NCBI GenBank assembly: GCA_050298055.1
Contig: JBNKTL010000043.1
Span: 1-44,769 of the forward strand
Direction of reading: 5' to 3'
Length of the DNA: 44,769 nucleotides
From: Spirochaetota bacterium
GTDB taxonomy: Bacteria; Spirochaetota; UBA4802; UBA5550
The stretch's first letter is position 1. Every line of letters starts with the position of its first letter. The translations under genes and the position numbers were made by a program. The notes under the pieces are model-generated. The model searched no databases and was not told the origin of the DNA. It saw only the letters and a list, made by a program, of their open reading frames with translations. Of the stretch, positions 37,860 through 44,769 are shown in pieces.

Positions 37860-39128
37860 ATGGCACCATTTGATATATTAGGAACAAGCGGAAAACTTGC
37901 CGGGTATCTGGTCTCACTTCTCATAGGCGTTGGCTTTGGCATATCCCTGGAGATGTCCGGATTCGGCGACTCGCGAAAGCTCTCGGCGCAGTTCTATTTT
38001 AAAGATATGACAGTGCTCAAGGTCATGTTTACAGCTATCGTTGTGGCAATGACGCTCCTGTTTCTTGCCTCATCGCTGGAGATTCTTGATTTTAACAGGG
38101 TCTATGTGAACCCAACCTACCTGAAACCGGGAATTGTGGGGGGGCTCATAATGGGAGTGGGCTTTATTGTGGGAGGTTTCTGTCCCGGGACCTCCATTGT
38201 ATCTGCCGCCACATTTAAGGTGGACGGGATGGTCTTTGTGGGAGGTGTGGTCTTCGGATCATACCTTTTCGGGGAGAGCATTACCACGTTCAAATACTTC
38301 AGCAATTCGACATATATGGGGAAGTTCATGCTTCCCGAGCTTTTCGGCCTTTCCACGGGAACGGTTGTTCTGCTGGTGGTCCTTATGGCCCTGGCCATGT
38401 TTTACGGGGCGGAGATAAGTGAAAAGGTCTTCGGACAGGGGGTCCCGTTGAAGGATATCGACCCGGTCCCGGACTTCAAAGGCGCCGGCAGGCCGAAGTT
38501 TATAGCCGCGCTTCTCCTTATCATACTGGCCCTCATCACCCTGGGGAAGGGACAGCCCGACCTGGAGGCACGGTGGTCATGGATAAAGGAGAAGGAACTG
38601 GCTAAAATAAGTAAACGGGAGGTCTTTATCCACCCGGGAGAAATGCTGGATACCATGAACCACCCCCTTCTCTACAAGACAATCCTTGACGTGAGAAGTG
38701 AAGGGGACTTTAGAAAGTTCCATTTACAGGACGCACGAAGGGTAGAACCGGGAAGCGTGGGGGACGGGTCCCTTGCCCTGATGATCGGGAACAGGCCCTC
38801 AAACAACGTTAACATCCTTGTGAGCAATGACGAGAAGGCTGCGGTTGATACCTACAAGAAGCTCCGGGCGCAGGGAGTAATCAATCTCTACATCCTGAGC
38901 GGCGGTGTAAACAGGTGGCTTTCCCTCTTTCCCCTGAACGGGAAGATTGCCGTGAAAAACGGGGATGAGACTGAGGACTCCCTGAAATATGACTTCAAGA
39001 AAGAGGTGGGGGAGCTGATGCCCCAGTCAAACCCCGCGGGGCATATGCATTATAAGAAAATGAAATTTAATTACGTGAAGAAGATAAAGATAAAGGTCAG
39101 GAAGGTGTTAACCGGGGGGTGCGGTTAG
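37860..39128 (+). CDS. YeeE/YedE family protein fused to a rhodanese-like domain
   Basis: GGFCPGT; ILDVRSE..F..FH, ILSGG...W; C-terminal GGCG. Confidence 0.88.
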   Translation: MAPFDILGTSGKLAGYLVSLLIGVGFGISLEMSGFGDSRKLSAQFYFKDMTVLKVMFTAIVVAMTLLFLASSLEILDFNRVYVNPTYLKPGIVGGLIMGVGFIVGGFCPGTSIVSAATFKVDGMVFVGGVVFGSYLFGESITTFKYFSNSTYMGKFMLPELFGLSTGTVVLLVVLMALAMFYGAEISEKVFGQGVPLKDIDPVPDFKGAGRPKFIAALLLIILALITLGKGQPDLEARWSWIKEKELAKISKREVFIHPGEMLDTMNHPLLYKTILDVRSEGDFRKFHLQDARRVEPGSVGDGSLALMIGNRPSNNVNILVSNDEKAAVDTYKKLRAQGVINLYILSGGVNRWLSLFPLNGKIAVKNGDETEDSLKYDFKKEVGELMPQSNPAGHMHYKKMKFNYVKKIKIKVRKVLTGGCG

Positions 39129-39139
39129 AGTTCTCCTCT

Positions 39140-39565
39140 TTACCTGTTCATTGATTCTTTGAGGAGAGAATATATGTCAGGGGGTATATCCGCTGCCTTG
39201 AGCTTTTCCGGGTCCTTTGATGTAATACAGATTCTCTTCTCATAGCCTCTGACCAGGAGAGTGCTGTCACTCATTTTTTCAATTTCATGTTTCAATCTTA
39301 CGGTTTTGCCCGTGAGGTCATCGATTTCTGTTGTAATCCGGATATCATCATAATACCTGCCGGGGCTGAAGTAATCGGATGAGGTATTAACAAGCCCAAA
39401 GAGTATCTGGCGCTCTCTCCAGAGGTCCTTCATGTTAAGTCCCAGCATGTCAAAAAACATATGTCCGCAGCCGTCAAACCACTCGTAATACCGGGGATAA
39501 AAAACGATCTCCAGGGCATCGAGATCGCCCCACATGATCTTTCTTTCAACAATATTCTTCTTCAT
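39140..39565 (-). CDS. Acyl-CoA thioesterase (4HBT/hotdog fold)
   Basis: WGDLDALEIVFYPRYYEWFD. Confidence 0.88.
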   Translation of the reverse strand: MKKNIVERKIMWGDLDALEIVFYPRYYEWFDGCGHMFFDMLGLNMKDLWRERQILFGLVNTSSDYFSPGRYYDDIRITTEIDDLTGKTVRLKHEIEKMSDSTLLVRGYEKRICITSKDPEKLKAADIPPDIYSLLKESMNR

Positions 39566-39580
39566 TTGATCGACTCCGTT

Positions 39581-40768
39581 TTACTCAGATAGTGAGTTAT
39601 AGATTTTCTTTAAGTGGCATGTACTTCCCAGGGGCATGCCGTGAGAGGGAATGATTATTGACGGGTCCATCTCCAGTATCCTGTTAATTGATTCTCTGTA
39701 TCTCTTTTTGTCTCCCGGGTTACTAAGATTTTGAGACATGTTAATTCTCCAGTCTGATGATCGGATCAGATCACCAACATGAAACCAGGAGAGATTTTCG
39801 GGAGCAAGTCCTATCCGGCCCGCATCTCCCGGAAGTTTATAGACGGCAACCCTGTGTCCCAGCCAGTAAGTAAGAATTTCCTTTTCCCTGAGATCTTTGA
39901 CATCGATCCCGTTAAAACAGGAACTGCCAATTTCTTTAAGAATAAGATCATGTGTGACAGAACTACATCTTATTTCAAGATTTAATTTTCTGGCAAGGAG
40001 ATTTATATCAACATGCAGATTCCCCGGGTAATGTGTTATGACCAGACCCTGAAGACGGAAGGGTTTTAAACTGAACACCAGCTTTTCAAACTCTTCGGGA
40101 GGGCAGGGGGAGGGATCAATGAGATAAGCCGGGTCACCGAAAACAACGGCATTGGAATAAGGGTGTCCATTTTCTCTTCCTGAAGCTATGAAGAGAAAGT
40201 GTATCCCCCTGATAAGTTCGAGTACCGGAACTTCCTTCTCCCGGTTACAGAGAGCATTGAACGGCTCAATTTTTACGGTCGAAATATCTTTTGCAAGTTC
40301 TTCAATGATCCGCAGTGTGGGTATTACCGCAAGAATATTTCCCCGGGAATAGAGCTCCCAGAGTTCATTAACGGGGATCCACCCGGAATCATGGGCCTCT
40401 TCCGGCCCCGGGACGAATTGAATTTTTTTATTCAGGGTAATTTTAAAGTGGTGGGCAATAAATTTCCCCATTGCATCCACCGGCGGTTTTGCAAGTCCCA
40501 TATATTCGAAATGTTTTATTTCATCATTATTAATTGCGTCTTCAAGACCGAAGTTCAATTCTTCATCAAGTTCCCTGCAGAGTGCATGCATTATCCGGGG
40601 GGGATAATCTTTCAGGTATCTTGTCCGGAGGGGAGTTTCGGATTCATCCCGGTCAATTTTCCCCCCGGGAAAAGCGTGATAGCCGGGAAAAGCTCTTAAA
40701 TTCAATTGTCTCTGAAAATAAAAAATTTCTTTTTCATAAACAAAAACAGCCACAACAGATTCGATCAT
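39581..40768 (-). CDS. NUDIX hydrolase fused to a degenerate metallo-beta-lactamase fold
   Basis: FPGGKID...RELDEE; LIDP, VGD, IPSHG. Confidence 0.82.
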   Translation of the reverse strand: MIESVVAVFVYEKEIFYFQRQLNLRAFPGYHAFPGGKIDRDESETPLRTRYLKDYPPRIMHALCRELDEELNFGLEDAINNDEIKHFEYMGLAKPPVDAMGKFIAHHFKITLNKKIQFVPGPEEAHDSGWIPVNELWELYSRGNILAVIPTLRIIEELAKDISTVKIEPFNALCNREKEVPVLELIRGIHFLFIASGRENGHPYSNAVVFGDPAYLIDPSPCPPEEFEKLVFSLKPFRLQGLVITHYPGNLHVDINLLARKLNLEIRCSSVTHDLILKEIGSSCFNGIDVKDLREKEILTYWLGHRVAVYKLPGDAGRIGLAPENLSWFHVGDLIRSSDWRINMSQNLSNPGDKKRYRESINRILEMDPSIIIPSHGMPLGSTCHLKKIYNSLSE

Positions 40769-40880
40769 GAATTCTCCTGAGAAACTTTATTTAAATCATA
40801 TATCCGAGTAGTTGTCATATTTTTATTATTCTATCCTTTATAAATCGTAAACATAATTTTAAATATTTTTTTCATTTTTT

Positions 40881-41002
40881 CTAACTGCTCAGTAATGTAT
40901 AAGAATAATTATATTCATGAAAAAATATAACTGATATGTCCCCGCCGTCGAAGGCGGCGGGGACATATTGTTGATATTTTAGTAAACAGGTTGATTAGTT
41001 AT
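40881..41002. mobile_element. Decayed second copy of the IS66-type MITE
   Basis: CTAACTGCTCAG / GTTGATTAGTTAT ends; same hairpin at the same offset from the left end; no TSD. Confidence 0.65.
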
Positions 41003-41102
41003 ATTAGTGAATCGTAACAAAATGTTATTGTTTAAAATTGCCTGAAATCATAATCTATGATATAATCTACTCAGAGTTGATTTCTTATTTGAGAGGAGAG
41101 AA

Positions 41103-41672
41103 ATGAGAGAAAACCGGCTTAATAAACCACGGATACATCCAATGAAGGAAGATGATCTCAATAAAGACCTTCAGTCACTCCTGGAGGGTTCAAAGAAGTT
41201 TTTCAAGGGGAGGGTCCCGAATATTTTCATGACCCTGGCCAATCATGAAAAGCTCTTAAAGAGATGGCTCGTTTTCAGCAACCATATATTGAGTAAATCA
41301 ACCCTGGATCCCCGTGACAGGGAATTGCTTATTCTCAGAACAGGGTGGCTCTGCCGGTCCGAATATGAATGGGGACAGCATGTGATAATCGGAAAGCAGG
41401 CGGGTCTCTCTGATGAAGAGATTCTTCGTGTTGCAGAGGGCCGTAACGGGAAAGGGTGGAGTGTTCGGGAATCACTTCTTCTGAAGGCAGTTGATGAACT
41501 TCATGCCGATTCCATGATCAATAACGATACCTGGGAGTCACTCTCCGGTTTCTATGAACAAAACCAGCTTATGGACCTGATTTTTACAGTGGGGCAATAC
41601 AGGATGGTTGCCATGGCATTAAACAGTTTCGGTGTTCAGCTTGAGGAGGGGGTAGGCGGATTTCCCGGTTAA
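41103..41672 (+). CDS. Carboxymuconolactone decarboxylase / AhpD-like protein
   Basis: RELLILRTGWLCRSEYEWGQH, DELH, FTVGQY. Confidence 0.88.
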   Translation: MRENRLNKPRIHPMKEDDLNKDLQSLLEGSKKFFKGRVPNIFMTLANHEKLLKRWLVFSNHILSKSTLDPRDRELLILRTGWLCRSEYEWGQHVIIGKQAGLSDEEILRVAEGRNGKGWSVRESLLLKAVDELHADSMINNDTWESLSGFYEQNQLMDLIFTVGQYRMVAMALNSFGVQLEEGVGGFPG

Positions 41673-41682
41673 ACCGGACGGT

Positions 41683-42930
41683 TCAGTGGGCGCTTTTTCC
41701 CTTCTCGGTTTTTATCAGCAGGGAGATCAGGGACCCTCCCAGGGCAACCAAACCGGCAAGGATAAAAGCGGAGAGAAAGGACCCGGTGCTGTCCGCCAGG
41801 GCCCCCGCAACACCGGGACCGGCAGCCTGACCGATACCGAAGAGGAGTGTGATGAATCCCAGGGCTGCCGGGGCCATTCTCGATCCCAGCCTGTCACCGC
41901 AGGCAGCTGCCATGATCGCGGGGATACTCCACGCCGTGATACCGAAGAGAACAGCCGATATTAAAAAACCGGCAGGTGCCGTCCATACTCCAAAGAGGAG
42001 AAAAGAGAGGGCCTGGATGATGAAAACAATGATCAGGGCATATTTGCGCCCGATATTATCTGAGACAGTTCCCCAGATCAAACCGCATAAAAGGCTGAAC
42101 CATCCCATGATCATAAAGAGGTTCCCCGCTTCCTTCTCCGTATATCCCCCTGTTGCAATAAGATGTTTTGTAAAAAATGTCATATAGATGATGTAGGAGA
42201 ATCCAAAGCAGGCATAGACAATTCCCAGATGCCACACAGAGAGTGATTTATAGACCTTTCCCCACTCGAGTTTAACTCTCCGGGAAGTTGAAGGGGGAAA
42301 GGGATTTATCCCCGCACCTATCTGTTCAAGACCTTTGTCGGAAGGCCTGTCTTTCAATATAATATATCCGGTAATTGAGAGTATCAGGGTAATGGCCCCG
42401 AAGAGAAACCAGCAGGCCCGCCAGCCATTCTCCCCAAAGACATTGAGGAGAGGGGGGACGGAGGGTCCGAGAAATATCAGGGCAACAGATGAACCGGATA
42501 CCGCAATCCCCGCGGCCATTCCCCTGCGTTTTGCCGCAAACCACGCGGAGATCAGCCCCATTACGGGAACATTGCTTGCCCCGCTCCCGATCCCTGTGAG
42601 GGCACGCCAGAATGCTGCGGGAATAATACTGTCTGCAAAACCCGTGAGAATCATTGAGATCCCGGCTACAGCAAGTCCCGCGGTAATAACAACCCGGGGA
42701 CCCAGCCGGGAAGCCAGGGCACCCCCGATTGCCGAGAGGGCAAGGTAACCGACGAGGTTTGCAGTTGCCAGAAGTCCCGCCTGGGTGTTGTCCATTCCCA
42801 GTCCCTTCTGCATGGAGGGGAGGACCACGGTGTAGCCGAAACGGGCAAGCCCCAGGGATCCGAAAACCACCAGGGTGGCCATAACAAGGATAAGCCAGCC
42901 GTAATGAAAACGGGTTGATGTGGGTGTCAT
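41683..42930 (-). CDS. MFS transporter (YbfB/YjiJ-like)
   Basis: GLARFGYT, ANLVGYL, GTVSDNIGRK; about 12 TM. Confidence 0.92.
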   Translation of the reverse strand: MTPTSTRFHYGWLILVMATLVVFGSLGLARFGYTVVLPSMQKGLGMDNTQAGLLATANLVGYLALSAIGGALASRLGPRVVITAGLAVAGISMILTGFADSIIPAAFWRALTGIGSGASNVPVMGLISAWFAAKRRGMAAGIAVSGSSVALIFLGPSVPPLLNVFGENGWRACWFLFGAITLILSITGYIILKDRPSDKGLEQIGAGINPFPPSTSRRVKLEWGKVYKSLSVWHLGIVYACFGFSYIIYMTFFTKHLIATGGYTEKEAGNLFMIMGWFSLLCGLIWGTVSDNIGRKYALIIVFIIQALSFLLFGVWTAPAGFLISAVLFGITAWSIPAIMAAACGDRLGSRMAPAALGFITLLFGIGQAAGPGVAGALADSTGSFLSAFILAGLVALGGSLISLLIKTEKGKSAH

Positions 42931-43036
42931 ACTCTAGTCCGGTTTTATTTATTATCAGTCTGTCCTGAGAGTGGAAAGTATGGGAAAGTCCTTTAAAAAG
43001 TCAACCACGGTTTTCCCGTGGTTGACTTATCTGTTG

Positions 43037-44230
43037 TTATTTTCCGATTTTCAGGACCATTGCTCCTCCTGTATCACCGGCGGCGCATCCCGCCCAGAGA
43101 AGGTATCCTCCTCCTTTTTTCGCTACAGCTTCAATCCCCTCAATAATGCTTCGTCCCGCGGTAGGGGCCTGGGGATGCCCGTAGATAAGCGAGCAGCCGT
43201 AGTTGTTCATCTCATTTACATCGATATTAAAGTGTTTGGCAAAATAGAGGTCATTGACCGCGAAAGGGTTGTGCGTCTTTATTTCCGCAACATCATTTAT
43301 CTTTATCCCCGCCTTATCAAGGGCCATCCGGGCGGCGGGAACAACTGCTTTTGCCATGTATGCTTTATCAGTCCGGGCAAACCCGTAGGAAAGGACCTGA
43401 ACGTCAATATCGGAACCGCCGCTCAATTCCTTTGCTCTCTCCTTTGTTGTGACAATGACACCGCAGTTCCCGTCAGCGGGATGTGTCTGTGAACCGAAGG
43501 TGTGAACGCCGCCGGGAAGAACAGGCTGCAGTTTTGCCAGTCCTTCAACTGAAGATTCCATGACACCTTCATCCGCTTCCACCAGAATTGTTTTCTTTTT
43601 TGATAATCGCACCTCAACCGGGAACATGTAGCCTTTTTGAAATTCACGGTCATTGGAAAGCGAATCGAGGTACTGCTCATATCGTCTCATTGTCAGGGCA
43701 TCGCACTCCTCCCGGGTAATGCCCGCTTCCTTGGCGACATTTTCTCCTGTCTGGACCATGGACCCCCCTGCCCAGGGATCTTTGGCAAAGTTGTCCATCA
43801 TCCAGTTTTCCGAGATGACTTCACCGCCGGGACCATTGGGATTCGGCCAGACAGTATGCGGTCCGTTAGAGCACCTGTCCGTATTCAGACAGAAAGCCTG
43901 CCGGTAGTATCCGGCCTCAACACCGATGCATGCCTGGTAGATGCTGGTTGTGGAAGTGGTACATGCCTGGCTGACCATCAACCCGGGAATTCCCTCCATC
44001 CCGGAAAGAGCCGCGGCCCAGGGACCTCCGTAAAATCCCCTGTGCTGTCCGATGGTAATACCCAGAAAGAAGTAGTCGAATGCTGCGGGATCGATCTTTT
44101 TCTCAGCGAGCCACCTCTTGACCGTTGCGGCACCCAGGGTGATCGAATTCTCATTGGCCATGCTCCCCTGCCACCTTGCGAAGGGACTGCTATAATACCC
44201 TTTATAAGGAATAAATGCTTTTGATAACAT
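43037..44230 (-). CDS. Thiolase family protein
   Basis: SQACTTS, HPADG, HNPFA, YGHP, CAAGD; GGAG RBS favours the ATG at 44230. Confidence 0.92.
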   Translation of the reverse strand: MLSKAFIPYKGYYSSPFARWQGSMANENSITLGAATVKRWLAEKKIDPAAFDYFFLGITIGQHRGFYGGPWAAALSGMEGIPGLMVSQACTTSTTSIYQACIGVEAGYYRQAFCLNTDRCSNGPHTVWPNPNGPGGEVISENWMMDNFAKDPWAGGSMVQTGENVAKEAGITREECDALTMRRYEQYLDSLSNDREFQKGYMFPVEVRLSKKKTILVEADEGVMESSVEGLAKLQPVLPGGVHTFGSQTHPADGNCGVIVTTKERAKELSGGSDIDVQVLSYGFARTDKAYMAKAVVPAARMALDKAGIKINDVAEIKTHNPFAVNDLYFAKHFNIDVNEMNNYGCSLIYGHPQAPTAGRSIIEGIEAVAKKGGGYLLWAGCAAGDTGGAMVLKIGK

Positions 44231-44264
44231 ATTTTTCTCCATTATAATAATTATAATAATTTTT

Positions 44265-44769
44265 GTAACTACTCAGCTATTCAACATGGGAATTCAAGGT
44301 AAACCTGTTTCCCGTTTAGAATTTTTTCAAGGGCATCTATAACACTATAGCCCTGTTTTTTTACCGTTGAGACAAAACTTCTAATAATGCAAAATTGTTC
44401 CGCACCACTAATAGTCCTGTATAGCCCTGATATTTTTTGCTGTACCTTCACCATACGGATATCTCTTTCAGCAAGATTATTATCAAAAGGAACGTCAGGA
44501 TCATACATGAATGCCAATGTTTCTTTTTGAAAATCACGTAATCTTTCTAAGAGGCATAGCACTTTGCCTTTTCTTTTTCTCCCACGCTTTTTCACCTTCT
44601 CCGGTCCTGGGGGAGGATTTGCCTTGAAACCTTCTTTCAAAATCCTTTTGTACTTATTCTCAAACTGTTTTATACGAGAACCTTCAAGTAATTTTCCTTC
44701 AATTTTAGCCTTTCCCACCTCTCCTTTAACTTCACAGAGAAATTTTATCATTTTTTTCGCCCATTTCTG
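44265..44769 (-). mobile_element. IS66 family element, right end (runs off the window)
   Basis: Terminal GTAACTACTCAGC at 44265-44277, next to the transposase stop. Confidence 0.88.
44281..44769 (-). CDS. IS66 family transposase, C-terminal part
   Basis: VPFDNNLAERDIRMVKVQQKISG. Confidence 0.92.
   Translation of the reverse strand, partial: QKWAKKMIKFLCEVKGEVGKAKIEGKLLEGSRIKQFENKYKRILKEGFKANPPPGPEKVKKRGRKRKGKVLCLLERLRDFQKETLAFMYDPDVPFDNNLAERDIRMVKVQQKISGLYRTISGAEQFCIIRSFVSTVKKQGYSVIDALEKILNGKQVYLEFPC

Overview
The left third of the window (about 1-16 kb, AT-rich) is an accessory island built around a chromosomal integron. It holds a MntA/HepT toxin-antitoxin pair, a long integron integrase gene with a single in-frame TGA at a conserved Trp, an attI site and seven attC-bounded cassettes. 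A tail follows, with an Rpn nuclease, toxin-antitoxin debris and cassette-like ORFs. These ORFs lack full attC sites and instead sit behind three clear and two degenerate extra copies of the attI sequence, three of them with a TTGAC -35 box. This dispersed promoter+attI architecture is the most unusual signal. The remainder (about 17-44.8 kb, higher GC) looks like core genome of an anaerobic environmental bacterium: RluA, a MoxR/Bat operon with mltG, peptidoglycan enzymes, a radical SAM protein, a soluble triple-PAS chemoreceptor, an octaheme cytochrome with YeeE/YedE genes, an MFS transporter, a thiolase and the end of an IS66. It also carries a 141-bp IS66-type MITE with a perfect 8-bp target duplication and several short intergenic repeat families. 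All family calls come from motif recognition by eye; no searches were run.
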